A DNA stretch of 64,000 nt, taken from Gordius albopunctatus. Its lineage: Eukaryota. The notes below the pieces were generated by a model. The model was given only the letters and a program-made list of their open reading frames with translations. It had not been told where the DNA came from and ran no database searches. A program made the position numbers and the translations under genes. Location of the stretch: positions 6,572,001 to 6,636,000 of the forward strand of contig OZ193910.1 in the NCBI GenBank assembly GCA_964276515.1, given 5' to 3'. Positions 24,774-38,721 of this stretch are shown in pieces. Position 1 is the stretch's first letter. Every line of letters begins with the position of its first letter.

Positions 24774-24892
24774 GGTTACGACCATATCACGTTGAAAACA
24801 CCGGTTCCCTTCCGAACACCGAAGTTAAGCAACGTTGAGCCCGGTTAGTACTTGGATGGGTGACCGCTTGGGAATCCCGGGTGTTGTAGCCT
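24774..24892 (+). rRNA. 5S rRNA variant
   Basis: A116G (U-G wobble in helix I). Confidence 0.9.
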
Positions 24893-25310
24893 TTTTAAAT
24901 ATTTTTTTGAATCCAGTTACGATCAGGGGCGATCCTTAGCACATAGGGGACGCCGTAGGAATACATTTGTGAATTAATTTTTAATTCTAGGCGCCATTTT
25001 ATAGGAGATTTAGGGATTTTAGAGTATTTTGCGTCGGGCAGAATGCTAGGTGTCCGTCCTCAACGGAATTGGCGTATAGCGTGTGAAAGGGAGTGAGTAA
25101 ACCGAGAACGCGATAATGAAACTGTTTCGAGCTGTATAATTACTACCAACAATCAAAAAGTTAAATATTCCACGTATTGCGTCATCGATTACGACAAAAT
25201 ACACACATTTCGATGCTCTCGCGTAAATTTTAAGGGATAAAATATGGGTGGGAAATAAAAAAGTAAGAATCTTGCCTGATTTATAAGCACAATTTTCGCT
25301 TTAAATCTAC

Positions 25311-25429
25311 GGTTACGACCATATCACGTTGAAAACACCGGTTCCCTTCCGAACACCGAAGTTAAGCAACGTTGAGCCCGGTTAGTACTTGGATGGGTGA
25401 CCGCTTGGGAATCCCGGGTGTTGTAACCT
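25311..25429 (+). rRNA. 5S rRNA
   Basis: Majority sequence. Confidence 0.95.
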
Positions 25430-25848
25430 TTTTAAATATTTTTTTGAATCCAGTTACGATCAAGGGCGATCCTTAGCACATAGGGGACGCCGTAGGAATA
25501 CATTTGTGAATTAATTTTTAATTCTAGGCGCCATTTTAAGGGAGATTTAGGGATTTTAGAGTATTTTGCGTCGGGCAGAATGCTAGGTGTCCGCCCTCAA
25601 CGGAATTGGCGTAGTGGCGTCTGAAAGGGAGTAAGTAAACAGAGAACGCGATAATGAAACTGTTTCGAGCTGTATAATTACTACCAACAATCAAAAAGTT
25701 AAATATTCCACGTAATGCGTCATCGATTACGACAAAATACACACATTTCGATGCTCTCGCGTAAATTTTAAGTGATAAAATATGGGTGGGAAATAAAAAA
25801 GTAAGAATCTTGTCTGATTTATAAGCACAATTTTCGCTTTAAATCTAC

Positions 25849-25967
25849 GGTTACGACCATATCACGTTGAAAACACCGGTTCCCTTCCGAACACCGAAGT
25901 TAAGCAACGTTGAGCCCGGTTAGTACTTGGATGGGTGACCGCTTGGGAATCCCGGGTGTTGTAACCT
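25849..25967 (+). rRNA. 5S rRNA
   Basis: Majority sequence. Confidence 0.95.
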
Positions 25968-26385
25968 TTTTAAATATTTTTTTGAATCCAGTTACGATCA
26001 AGGGCTATCCTTATGACATAGGGGACGCCGTAGGAATACATTTGTGAATTAATTTTTAATTCTAGGCGCCATTTTAAGGGAGATTTAGGGATTTTAGAGT
26101 ATTTTGCGTCGGGCAGAATGCTAGGTGTCCGTCCTCAACGGAATTGGCGTATAGCGTGTGAAAGGGAGTGAGTAAACCGAGAACGCGATAATGAAACTGT
26201 TTCGAGCTGTATAATTACTACCAACAATCAAAAAGTTAAATATTCCACGTATTGCGTCATCGATTACGACAAAATACACACATTTCGATGCTCTCGCGTA
26301 AATTTTAAGGGATAAAATATGGGTGGGAAATAAAAAAGTAAGAATCTTGCCTGATTTATAAGCACAATTTTCGCTTTAAATCTAC

Positions 26386-26504
26386 GGTTACGACCATATC
26401 ACGTTGAAAACACCGGTTCCCTTCCGAACACCGAAGTTAAGCAACGTTGAGCCCGGTTAGTACTTGGATGGGTGACCGCTTGGGAATCCCGGGTGTTGTA
26501 ACCT
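26386..26504 (+). rRNA. 5S rRNA
   Basis: Majority sequence. Confidence 0.95.
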
Positions 26505-26922
26505 TTTTAAATATTTTTTTGAATCCAGTTACGATCAAGGGCGATCCTTAGCACATAGGGGACGCCGTAGGAATACATTTGTGAATTAATTTTTAATTCT
26601 AGGCGCCATTTTAAGGGAGATTTAGGGATTTTAGAGTATTTTGCGTCGGGCAGAATGCTAGGTGTCCGTCCTCAACGGAATTGGCGTATAGCGTGTGAAA
26701 GGGAGTGAGTAAACCGAGAACGCGATAATGAAACTGTTTCGAGCTGTATAATTACTACCAACAATCAAAAAGTTAAATATTCCACGTATTGCGTCATCGA
26801 TTACGACAAAATACACACATTTCGATGCTCTCGCGTAAATTTTAAGGGATAAAATATGGGTGGGAAATAAAAAAGTAAGAATCTTGCCTGATTTATAAGC
26901 ACAATTTTCGCTTTAAATCTAC

Positions 26923-27041
26923 GGTTACGACCATATCACGTTGAAAACACCGGTTCCCTTCCGAACACCGAAGTTAAGCAACGTTGAGCCCGGTTAGTAC
27001 TTGGATGGGTGACCGCTTGGGAATCCCGGGTGTTGTAGCCT
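26923..27041 (+). rRNA. 5S rRNA variant
   Basis: A116G. Confidence 0.9.
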
Positions 27042-27459
27042 TTTTAAATATTTTTTTGAATCCAGTTACGATCAGGGGCGATCCTTAGCACATAGGGGAC
27101 GCCGTAGGAATACATTTGTGAATTAATTTTTAATTCTAGGCGCCATTTTATAGGAGATTTAGGGATTTTAGAGTATTTTGCGTCGGGCAGAATGCTAGGT
27201 GTCCGTCCTCAACGGAATTGGCGTATAGCGTCTGAAAGGGAGTAAGTAAATCGAGAACGCGATAATGAAACTGTTTCGAGCTGTATAATTACTACCAACA
27301 ATCAAAAAGTTAAATATTTTACGTATTGCGTCATCGACTACGACTAAATACACACATTTCGATGCTCTCGCGTCAATTTTAAGTGATAAAATATGGATGG
27401 GAAATAAAAAAGTAAGAATCTTGATTGATTTATAAGCACGATTTTCGCTTTAAATCCAC

Positions 27460-27578
27460 GGTTACGACCATATCACTTTGAAAACACCGGTTCCCTTCCG
27501 AACACCGAAGTTAAGCAACGTTGAGCCCGGTTAGTACTTGGATGGGTGACCGCTTGGGAATCCCGGGTGTTGTAACCT
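27460..27578 (+). rRNA. 5S rRNA variant
   Basis: G18T. Confidence 0.85.
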
Positions 27579-27996
27579 TTTTAAATATTTTTTTGAATCC
27601 AGTTACGATCAAGGGCGATCCTTAGCACATAGGGGACGCCGTAGGAATACATTTGTGAATTAATTTTTAATTCTAGGCGCCATTTTAAGGGAGATTTAGG
27701 GATTTTAGAGTATTTTGCGTCGGGCAGAATGCTAGGTGTCCGCCCTCAACGGAATTGGCGTATAGCGTCTGAAAGGGACTAAGTAAATCGAGAAAGCGAT
27801 AATGAAACTGTTTCGAGCTGTATAATTACTACCAACAATCAAAAAGTTAAATATTCCACGTATTGCGTCATCGATTACGACTAAATACACACATTTCGAT
27901 GCTCTCGCGTCAATTTTAAGTGATAAAATATGGGTGGGAAATAAAAAAGTAAGAATCTTGCCTGATTTATAAGCACAATTTTCGCTCTAAATCTAC

Positions 27997-28115
27997 GGTT
28001 ACGATCATATCACGTTGAAAACACCGGTTCCCTTCCGAACACCGAAGTTAAGCAACGTTGAGCCCGGTTAGTACTTGGATGTGTGACCGCTTGGGAATCC
28101 CGGGTGTTGTAGCCT
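27997..28115 (+). rRNA. 5S rRNA variant
   Basis: C9T, G86T, A116G. Confidence 0.8.
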
Positions 28116-28533
28116 TTTTAAATATTTTTTTGAATCCAGTTACGATCAGGGGCGATCCTTAGCACATAGGGGACGCCGTAGGAATACATTTGTGAATTAA
28201 TTTTTAATTCTAGGCGCCATTTTATAGGAGATTTAGGGATTTTAGAGTATTTTGCGTCGGGCAGAATGCTAGGTGTCCGTCCTCAACGGAATTGGCGTAT
28301 AGCGTCTGAAAGGGAGTAAGTAAATCGAGAACGCGATAATGAAACTGTTTCGAGCTGTATAATTACTACCAACAATCAAAAAGTTAAATATTTTACGTAT
28401 TGCGTCATCGACTACGACTAAATACACACATTTCGATGCTCTCGCGTCAATTTTAAGTGATAAAATATGGATGGGAAATAAAAAAGTAAGAATCTTGATT
28501 GATTTATAAGCACAATTTTCGCTTTAAATCCAC

Positions 28534-28652
28534 GGTTACGACCATATCACTTTGAAAACACCGGTTCCCTTCCGAACACCGAAGTTAAGCAACGTTGAGC
28601 CCGGTTAGTACTTGGATGGGTGACCGCTTGGGAATCCCGGGTGTTGTAACCT
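28534..28652 (+). rRNA. 5S rRNA variant
   Basis: G18T. Confidence 0.85.
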
Positions 28653-29070
28653 TTTTAAATATTTTTTTGAATCCAGTTACGATCAAGGGCGATCCTTAGC
28701 ACATAGGGGACGCCGTAGGAATACATTTGTGAATTAATTTTTAATTCTAGGCGCCATTTTAAGGGAGATTTAGGGATTTTAGAGTATTTTGCGTCGGGCA
28801 GAATGCTAGGTGTCCGTCCTCAACGGAATTGGCGTATAGCGTCTGAAAGGGAGTAAGTAAACCGAAAACGCGATAATGAAACTGTTTCGAGTTGTATAAT
28901 TACTACCAACAATCAAAAAGTTAAATATTCCACGTAATGCGTCATCGATTACGACAAAATACACACATTTCGATGCTCTCGCGTAAATTTTAAGTGATAA
29001 AATATGGGTGGGAAATAAAAAAGTAAGAATCTTGCCTGATTTATAAGCACAATTTTCGCTTTAAATCTAC

Positions 29071-29189
29071 GGTTACGACCATATCACGTTGAAAACACCG
29101 GTTCCCTTCCGAACACCGAAGTTAAGCAACGTTGAGCCCGGTTAGTACTTGGATGGGTGACCGCTTGGGAATCCCGGGTGTTGTAACCT
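29071..29189 (+). rRNA. 5S rRNA
   Basis: Majority sequence. Confidence 0.95.
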
Positions 29190-29608
29190 TTTTAAATATT
29201 TTTTTGAATCCAGTTACGATCAAGGGCGATCCTTAGCACATAGGGGACGCCGTAGGAATACATTTGTGAATTAATTTTTAATTCTAGGCGGCATTTTAAG
29301 GGAGATTTAGGGATTTTAGAGTATTTTGCGTCGGGCAGAATGCTAGGTGTCCGCCCTCAACGGAATTGGCGTAGTGGCGTCTGAAAGGGAGTAAGTAAAC
29401 AGAGAACGCGATAATGAAACTGTTTCGAGCTGTATAATTACTACCAACAATCAAAAAGTTAAATATTCCACGTAATGCGTCATCGATTACGACAAAATAC
29501 ACACATTTCGATGCTCTCGCGTAAATTTTAAGTGATAAAATATGGGTGGGAAATAAAAAAGTAAGAATCTTGCCTGATTTATAAGCACAATTTTCGCTTT
29601 AAATCTAC

Positions 29609-29727
29609 GGTTACGACCATATCACGTTGAAAACACCGGTTCCCTTCCGAACACCGAAGTTAAGCAACGTTGAGCCCGGTTAGTACTTGGATGGGTGACC
29701 GCTTGGGAATCCCGGGTGTTGTAGCCT
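29609..29727 (+). rRNA. 5S rRNA variant
   Basis: A116G. Confidence 0.9.
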
Positions 29728-30145
29728 TTTTAAATATTTTTTTGAATCCAGTTACGATCAGGGGCGATCCTTAGCACATAGGGGACGCCGTAGGAATACA
29801 TTTGTGAATTAATTTTTAATTCTAGGCGCCATTTTATAGGAGATTTAGGGATTTTAGAGTATTTTGCGTCGGGCAGAATGCTAGGTGTCCGTCCTCAACG
29901 GAATTGGCGTATAGCGTGTGAAAGGGAGTGAGTAAACCGAGAACGCGATAATGAAACTGTTTCGAGCTGTATAATTACTACCAACAATCAAAAAGTTAAA
30001 TATTCCACGTATTGCGTCATCGATTACGACAAAATACACACATTTCGATGCTCTCGCGTAAATTTTAAGGGATAAAATATGGGTGGGAAATAAAAAAGTA
30101 AGAATCTTGCCTGATTTATAAGCACAATTTTCGCTTTAAATCTAC

Positions 30146-30264
30146 GGTTACGACCATATCACGTTGAAAACACCGGTTCCCTTCCGAACACCGAAGTTAA
30201 GCAACGTTGAGCCCGGTTAGTACTTGGATGGGTGACCGCTTGGGAATCCCGGGTGTTGTAACCT
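30146..30264 (+). rRNA. 5S rRNA
   Basis: Majority sequence. Confidence 0.95.
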
Positions 30265-30683
30265 TTTTAAATATTTTTTTGAATCCAGTTACGATCAAGG
30301 GCGATCCTTAGCACATAGGGGACGCCGTAGGAATACATTTGTGAATTAATTTTTAATTCTAGGCGCCATTTTAAGGGAGATTTAGGGATTTTAGAGTATT
30401 TTGCGTCGGGCAGAATGCTAGGTGTCCGCCCTCAACGGAATTGGCGTAGTGGCGTCTGAAAGGGAGTAAGTAAACAGAGAACGCGATAATGAAACTGTTT
30501 CGAGCTGTATAATTACTACCAACAATCAAAAAGTTAAATATTCCACGTAATGCGTCATCGATTACGACAAAATACACACATTTCGATGCTCTCGCGTAAA
30601 TTTTAAGTGATAAAATATGGGTGGGAAATAAAAAAGTAAGAATCTTGTCTGATTTATAAGCACAATTTTCGCTTTAAATCTAC

Positions 30684-30802
30684 GGTTACGACCATATCAC
30701 GTTGAAAACACCGGTTCCCTTCCGAACACCGAAGTTAAGCAACGTTGAGCCCGGTTAGTACTTGGATGGGTGACCGCTTGGGAATCCCGGGTGTTGTAAC
30801 CT
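30684..30802 (+). rRNA. 5S rRNA
   Basis: Majority sequence. Confidence 0.95.
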
Positions 30803-31220
30803 TTTTAAATATTTTTTTGAATCCAGTTACGATCAAGGGCTATCCTTATGACATAGGGGACGCCGTAGGAATACATTTGTGAATTAATTTTTAATTCTAG
30901 GCGCCATTTTAAGGGAGATTTAGGGATTTTAGAGTATTTTGCGTCGGGCAGAATGCTAGGTGTCCGTCCTCAACGGAATTGGCGTATAGCGTGTGAAAGG
31001 GAGTGAGTAAACCGAGAACGCGATAATGAAACTGTTTCGAGCTGTATAATTACTACCAACAATCAAAAAGTTAAATATTCCACGTATTGCGTCATCGATT
31101 ACGACAAAATACACACATTTCGATGCTCTCGCGTAAATTTTAAGGGATAAAATATGGGTGGGAAATAAAAAAGTAAGAATCTTGCCTGATTTATAAGCAC
31201 AATTTTCGCTTTAAATCTAC

Positions 31221-31339
31221 GGTTACGACCATATCACGTTGAAAACACCGGTTCCCTTCCGAACACCGAAGTTAAGCAACGTTGAGCCCGGTTAGTACTT
31301 GGATGGGTGACCGCTTGGGAATCCCGGGTGTTGTAACCT
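31221..31339 (+). rRNA. 5S rRNA
   Basis: Majority sequence. Confidence 0.95.
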
Positions 31340-31757
31340 TTTTAAATATTTTTTTGAATCCAGTTACGATCAAGGGCGATCCTTAGCACATAGGGGACGC
31401 CGTAGGAATACATTTGTGAATTAATTTTTAATTCTAGGCGCCATTTTAAGGGAGATTTAGGGATTTTAGAGTATTTTGCGTCGGGCAGAATGCTAGGTGT
31501 CCGTCCTCAACGGAATTGGCGTATAGCGTGTGAAAGGGAGTGAGTAAACCGAGAACGCGATAATGAAACTGTTTCGAGCTGTATAATTACTACCAACAAT
31601 CAAAAAGTTAAATATTCCACGTATTGCGTCATCGATTACGACAAAATACACACATTTCGATGCTCTCGCGTAAATTTTAAGGGATAAAATATGGGTGGGA
31701 AATAAAAAAGTAAGAATCTTGCCTGATTTATAAGCACAATTTTCGCTTTAAATCTAC

Positions 31758-31876
31758 GGTTACGACCATATCACGTTGAAAACACCGGTTCCCTTCCGAA
31801 CACCGAAGTTAAGCAACGTTGAGCCCGGTTAGTACTTGGATGGGTGACCGCTTGGGAATCCCGGGTGTTGTAACCT
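31758..31876 (+). rRNA. 5S rRNA
   Basis: Majority sequence. Confidence 0.95.
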
Positions 31877-32295
31877 TTTTAAATATTTTTTTGAATCCAG
31901 TTACGATCAAGGGCGATCCTTAGCACATAGGGGACGCCATAGGAATACATTTGTGAATTAATTTTTAATTCTAGGCGCCATTTTAAGGGAGATTTAGGGA
32001 TTTTAAAGTATTTTGCGTCGGGCAGAATGCTAGGTGTCCGCCCTCAACGGAATTGGCGTAGTGGCGTCTGAAAGGGAGTAAGTAAACAGAGAACACGATA
32101 ATGAAACTGTTTCGAGCTGTATAATTACTACCAACAATCAAAAAGTTAAATATTCCACGTAATGCGTCATCGATTACGACAAAATACACACATTTCGATG
32201 CTCTCGCGTAAATTTTAAGTGATAAAATATGGGTGGGAAATAAAAAAGTAAGAATCTTGTCTGATTTATAAGCACAATTTTCGCTTTAAATCTAC

Positions 32296-32414
32296 GGTTA
32301 CGACCATATCACGTTGAAAACACCGGTTCCCTTCCGAACACCGAAGTTAAGCAACGTTGAGCCCGGTTAGTACTTGGATGGGTGACCGCTTGGGAATCCC
32401 GGGTGTTGTAACCT
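32296..32414 (+). rRNA. 5S rRNA
   Basis: Majority sequence. Confidence 0.95.
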
Positions 32415-32832
32415 TTTTAAATATTTTTTTGAATCCAGTTACGATCAAGGGCGATCCTTATGACATAGGGGACGCCGTAGGAATACATTTGTGAATTAAT
32501 TTTTAATTCTAGGCGCCATTTTAAGGGAGATTTAGGGATTTTAGAGTATTTTGCGTCGGGCAGAATGCTAGGTGTCCGTCCTCAACGGAATTGGCGTATA
32601 GCGTGTGAAAGGGAGTGAGTAAACCGAGAACGCGATAATGAAACTGTTTCGAGCTGTATAATTACTACCAACAATCAAAAAGTTAAATATTCCACGTATT
32701 GCGTCATCGATTACGACAAAATACACACATTTCGATGCTCTCGCGTAAATTTTAAGGGATAAAATATGGGTGGGAAATAAAAAAGTAAGAATCTTGCCTG
32801 ATTTATAAGCACAATTTTCGCTTTAAATCTAC

Positions 32833-32951
32833 GGTTACGACCATATCACGTTGAAAACACCGGTTCCCTTCCGAACACCGAAGTTAAGCAACGTTGAGCC
32901 CGGTTAGTACTTGGATGGGTGACCGCTTGGGAATCCCGGGTGTTGTAACCT
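32833..32951 (+). rRNA. 5S rRNA
   Basis: Majority sequence. Confidence 0.95.
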
Positions 32952-33369
32952 TTTTAAATATTTTTTTGAATCCAGTTACGATCAAGGGCGATCCTTATGA
33001 CATAGGGGACGCCGTAGGAATACATTTGTGAATTAATTTTTAATTCTAGGCGCCATTTTAAGGGAGATTTAGGGATTTTAGAGTATTTTGCGTCGGGCAG
33101 AATGCTAGGTGTCCGTCCTCAACGGAATTGGCGTATAGCGTGTGAAAGGGAGTGAGTAAACCGAGAACGCGATAATGAAACTGTTTCGAGCTGTATAATT
33201 ACTACCAACAATCAAAAAGTTAAATATTCCACGTATTGCGTCATCGATTACGACAAAATACACACATTTCGATGCTCTCGCGTAAATTTTAAGGGATAAA
33301 ATATGGGTGGGAAATAAAAAAGTAAGAATCTTGCCTGATTTATAAGCACAATTTTCGCTTTAAATCTAC

Positions 33370-33488
33370 GGTTACGACCATATCACGTTGAAAACACCGG
33401 TTCCCTTCCGAACACCGAAGTTAAGCAACGTTGAGCCCGGTTAGTACTTGGATGGGTGACCGCTTGGGAATCCCGGGTGTTGTAACCT
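33370..33488 (+). rRNA. 5S rRNA
   Basis: Majority sequence. Confidence 0.95.
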
Positions 33489-33907
33489 TTTTAAATATTT
33501 TTTTGAATCCAGTTACGATCAAGGGCGATCCTTAGCACATAGGGGACGCCGTAGGAATACATTTGTGAATTAATTTTTAATTCTAGGCGCCATTTTAAGG
33601 GAGATTTAGGGATTTTAGAGTATTTTGCGTCGGGCAGAATGCTAGGTGTCCGCCCTCAACGGAATTGGCGTAGTGGCGTCTGAAAGGGAGTAAGTAAACA
33701 GAGAACGCGATAATGAAACTGTTTCGAGCTGTATAATTACTACCAACAATCAAAAAGTTAAATATTCCACGTAATGCGTCATCGATTACGACAAAATACA
33801 CACATTTCGATGCTCTCGCGTAAATTTTAAGTGATAAAATATGGGTGGGAAATAAAAAAGTAAGAATCTTGCCTGATTTATAAGCACAATTTTCGCTTTA
33901 AATCTAC

Positions 33908-34026
33908 GGTTACGACCATATCACGTTGAAAACACCGGTTCCCTTCCGAACACCGAAGTTAATCAACGTTGAGCCCGGTTAGTACTTGGATGGGTGACCG
34001 CTTGGAAATCCCGGGTGTTGTAACCT
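33908..34026 (+). rRNA. 5S rRNA variant
   Basis: G56T, G99A. Confidence 0.8.
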
Positions 34027-34444
34027 TTTTAAATATTTTTTTGAATCCAGTTACGATCAAGGGCGATCCTTAGCACATAGGGGACGCCGTAGGAATACAT
34101 TTGTGAATTAATTTTTAATTCTAGGCGCCATTTTATAGGAGATTTAGGGATTTTAGAGTATTTTGCGTCGGGCAGAATGCTAGGTGTCCGTCCTCAACGG
34201 AATTGGCGTATAGCGTCTGAAAGGGAGTAAGTAAACCGAAAACGCGATAATGAAACTGTTTCGAGCTGTATAATTACTACCAACAATCAAAAAGTTAAAT
34301 ATTCCACGTATTGCGTCATCGATTACGACAAAATACACACATTTCGATGCTCTCGCGTAAATTTTAAGTGATAAAATATGGGTGGGAAATAAAAAAGTAA
34401 GAATCTTGCCTGATTTATAAGCACAATTTTCGCTTTAAATCTAC

Positions 34445-34563
34445 GGTTACGACCATATCACGTTGAAAACACCGGTTCCCTTCCGAACACCGAAGTTAAG
34501 CAACGTTGAGCCCGGTTAGTACTTGGATGGGTGACCGCTTGGGAATCCCGGGTGTTGTAACCT
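34445..34563 (+). rRNA. 5S rRNA
   Basis: Majority sequence. Confidence 0.95.
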
Positions 34564-34982
34564 TTTTAAATATTTTTTTGAATCCAGTTACGATCAAGGG
34601 CGATCCTTAGCACATAGGGGACGCCGTAGGAATACATTTGTGAATTAATTTTTAATTCTAGGCGGCATTTTAAGGGAGATTTAGGGATTTTAGAGTATTT
34701 TGCGTCGGGCAGAATGCTAGGTGTCCGCCCTCAACGGAATTGGCGTAGTGGCGTCTGAAAGGGAGTAAGTAAACAGAGAACGCGATAATGAAACTGTTTC
34801 GAGCTGTATAATTACTACCAACAATCAAAAAGTTAAATATTCCACGTAATGCGTCATCGATTACGACAAAATACACACATTTCGATGCTCTCGCGTAAAT
34901 TTTAAGTGATAAAATATGGGTGGGAAATAAAAAAGTAAGAATCTTGCCTGATTTATAAGCACAATTTTCGCTTTAAATCTAC

Positions 34983-35101
34983 GGTTACGACCATATCACG
35001 TTGAAAACACCGGTTCCCTTCCGAACACCGAAGTTAAGCAACGTTGAGCCCGGTTAGTACTTGGATGGGTGACCGCTTGGGAATCCCGGGTGTTGTAACC
35101 T
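34983..35101 (+). rRNA. 5S rRNA
   Basis: Majority sequence. Confidence 0.95.
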
Positions 35102-35520
35102 TTTTAAATATTTTTTTGAATCCAGTTACGATCAAGGGCGATCCTTAGCACATAGGGGACGCCGTAGGAATACATTTGTGAATTAATATTTGATTCTAGG
35201 CGCCATTTTATAGGAGATTTACGGATTTTAGAGTATTTTGCGTCGGGCAGAATGTTAGGTGTCCGCCCTCAACGGAATTGGCGTAATGGCGTCTGAAAGG
35301 GAGTAAGTAAACCGAGAACGCGAAAATGAAACTGTTTCGAGCTGTATAATTACTACCAACGATCTAAAAGTTAAATATTCCACGTATTGCGTCATAGATT
35401 ACGACAAAATACACACATTTCGATGCTCTCGCGTCAATTTTAAGTGATAAAATATGGGTGGGAAATTAAAAAGTAAGAATCTTTCCTGATTTATAAGCAC
35501 AATTTTCGCTTTAAATCTAC

Positions 35521-35639
35521 GGTTACGACCATATCATGTTGAAAACACCGGTTCCCTTCCGAACACCCAAGTTAAGCAACGTCGAGCCCGGTTAGTACTT
35601 CGATGGGTGACCGCTTGGGAATCCCGGGTGTTGTAACCT
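35521..35639 (+). rRNA. 5S rRNA variant, possible pseudogene
   Basis: C17T, G48C, T63C, G81C. Confidence 0.75.
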
Positions 35640-36053
35640 TTTTAAAAATTTTTTGGAATCCAGTTACAATCAGTGGCGATCCTTAGCACATAGGGGACGC
35701 CGTAGGAATACATTTGTGAACTAATTTTTCTAGGCGCCATTTTATAGGAGATTTAGGATTTTAGAGTATTTTGCGTCGGGCAGAATGTTAGGTGTCCGCC
35801 CTCAACGGAATTGGCGTAATGGCGTCTGAAAGGGAGTAAGTAAACCGAGAACGCGAAAATGAAACTGTTTTGAGCTGTATAATTACTACCAACAATCTAA
35901 AAGTTAAATATTCCACGCATTGCGTCATCGATTACGACAAAATACACACATTTCGATGCTCTCGCGTCAATTTTAAGTGATAAAATATGGGTGGGAAATT
36001 AAAAAGTAAGAATCTTGCCTGATTTATAAGCACAATTTTCGCTTTAAATCTAC

Positions 36054-36172
36054 GGTTACGACCATATCACGTTGAAAACACCGGTTCCCTTCCGAACACC
36101 CAAGTTAAGCAACGTTGAGCCCGGTTAGTACTTCGATGGGTGACCGCTTGGGAATCCCGGGTGTTGTAACCT
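36054..36172 (+). rRNA. 5S rRNA variant, possible pseudogene
   Basis: G48C, G81C. Confidence 0.75.
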
Positions 36173-36590
36173 TTTTAAATATTTTTTTGAATCCAGTTAC
36201 GATCAAGGGCGATCCTTAGCACATAGGGGACGCCGTAGGAATACATTTGTGAATTAATTTTTAATTTTAGGCGCCATTTTATAGGAGATTTAGGGATTTT
36301 AGAGTATTTTGCGTCGGGCAGAATGCTAGGTGTCCGTCCTCAACGGAATTGGCGTATAGCGTCTGAAAGGGAGTAAGTAAACCGAGAACGCGAAAATGAA
36401 ACTGGTTCGAGCTGTATAATTACTACCAACAATCTAAAAGTTAAATATTCCACGCATTGCGTCATCGATTACGACAAAATACACACATTTCGATGCTCTC
36501 GCGTCAATTTTAAGTGATAAAATATGGGTGGGAAATTAAAAAGTAAGAATCTTGCCTGATTTATAAGCACAATTTTCGCTTTAAATCTAC

Positions 36591-36709
36591 GGTTACGACC
36601 ATATCACGTTGAAAACACAGGTTCCCTTCCGAACACCGAAGTTAAGCAACGTTGAGCCCGGTTAGTATTTGGATGGGTGACCGCTTGGGAATCCCGGGTG
36701 TTGGAACCT
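36591..36709 (+). rRNA. 5S rRNA variant, possible pseudogene
   Basis: C29A, C78T, T114G. Confidence 0.75.
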
Positions 36710-37122
36710 TTTTAAATATTTTTTTGAATCCAGTTACGATCAGGGGCGATCCTTAGCACATAGGGGACGCCGTAGGAATACATTTGTGAACTAATTTTTC
36801 TAGGCGCCATTTTATAGGAGATTTAGGATTTTAGAGTATTTTGCGTCGGGCAGAATGTTAGGTGTCCGCCCTCAACGGAATTGGCGTATAGCGTCTGAAA
36901 GGGAGTAAGTAAACCGAGAACGCGAAAATGAAACTGGTTCGAGCTGTATAATTACTACCAACAATCTAAAAGTTAAATATTCCACGCATTGCGTCATCGA
37001 TTACGACAAAATACACACATTTCGATGCTCTCGCGTCAATTTTAAGTGATAAAATATGGGTGGGAAATTAAAAAGTAAGAATCTTGCCTGATTTATAAGC
37101 ACAATTTTCGCTTTAAATCTAC

Positions 37123-37241
37123 GGTTACGACCATATCACGTTGAAAACACAGGTTCCCTTCCGAACACCGAAGTTAAGCAACGTTGAGCCCGGTTAGTAT
37201 TTGGATGGGTGACCGCTTGGGAATCCCGGGTGTTGGAACCT
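37123..37241 (+). rRNA. 5S rRNA variant, possible pseudogene
   Basis: C29A, C78T, T114G. Confidence 0.75.
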
Positions 37242-37655
37242 TTTTAAAAATTTTTTGGAATCCAGTTACAATCAGTGGCGATCCTTAGCACATAGGGGAC
37301 GCCGTAGGAATACATTTGTGAACTAATTTTTCTAGGCGCCATTTTATAGGAGATTTAGGATTTTAGAGTATTTTGCGTCGGGCAGAATGTTAGGTGTCCG
37401 CCCTCAACGGAATTGGCGTAATGGCGTCTGAAAGGGAGTAAGTAAACCGAGAACGCGAAAATGAAACTGGTTCGAGCTGTATAATTACTACCAACAATCT
37501 AAAAGTTAAATATTCCACGCATTGCGTCATCGATTACGACAAAATACACACATTTCGATGCTCTCGCGTCAATTTTAAGTGATAAAATATGGGTGGGAAA
37601 TTAAAAAGTAAGAATCTTGCCTGATTTATAAGCACAATTTTCGCTTTAAATCTAC

Positions 37656-37774
37656 GGTTACGACCATATCACGTTGAAAACACAGGTTCCCTTCCGAACA
37701 CCGAAGTTAAGCAACGTTGAGCCCGGTTAGTATTTGGATGGGTGACCGCTTGGGAATCCCGGGTGTTGGAACCT
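37656..37774 (+). rRNA. 5S rRNA variant, possible pseudogene
   Basis: C29A, C78T, T114G. Confidence 0.75.
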
Positions 37775-38188
37775 TTTTAAATATTTTTTTGAATCCAGTT
37801 ACGATCAGGGGCGATCCTTAGCACATAGGGGACGCCGTAGGAATACATTTGTGAACTAATTTTTCTAGGCGCCATTTTATAGGAGATTTAGGATTTTAGA
37901 GTATTTTGCGTCGGGCAGAATGTTAGGTGTCCGCCCTCAACGGAATTGGCGTAATGGCGTCTGAAAGGGAGTAAGTAAACCGAGAACGCGATAATGAAAC
38001 TGTTTTGAGCTGTATAATTACTACCAACAATCTAAAAGTTAAATATTCCACGCATTGCGTCATCGATTACGACAAAATACACACATTTCGATGCTCTCGC
38101 GTCAATTTTAAGTGATAAAATATGGGTGGGAAATTAAAAAGTAAGAATCTTGCCTGATTTATAAGCACAATTTTCGCTTTAAATCTAC

Positions 38189-38307
38189 GGTTACGACCAT
38201 ATCACGTTGAAAACACCGGTTCCCTTCCGAACACCCAAGTTAAGCAACGTTGAGCCCGGTTAGTACTTCGATGGGTGACCGCTTGGGAATCCCGGGTGTT
38301 GTAACCT
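38189..38307 (+). rRNA. 5S rRNA variant, possible pseudogene
   Basis: G48C, G81C. Confidence 0.75.
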
Positions 38308-38721
38308 TTTTAAAAATTTTTTGGAATCCAGTTACAATCAGTGGCGATCCTTAGCACATAGGGGACGCCGTAGGAATACATTTGTGAACTAATTTTTCTA
38401 GGCGCCATTTTATAGGAGATTTAGGATTTTAGAGTATTTTGCGTCGGGCAGAATGTTAGGTGTCCGCCCTCAACGGAATTGGCGTAATGGCGTCTGAAAG
38501 GGAGTAAGTAAACCGAGAACGCGAAAATGAAACTGGTTCGAGCTGTATAATTACTACCAACAATCTAAAAGTTAAATATTCCACGCATTGCGTCATCGAT
38601 TACGACAAAATACACACATTTCGATGCTCTCGCGTCAATTTTAAGTGATAAAATATGGGTGGGAAATTAAAAAGTAAGAATCTTGCCTGATTTATAAGCA
38701 CAATTTTCGCTTTAAATCTAC

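Noticed and set aside
35647..35657. AATTTTTTGGA matching the Sm-site consensus just after some island genes
   Set aside because: It is a two-base variant of the second terminator T-run, lies downstream of the first terminator and occurs only in some degenerate units
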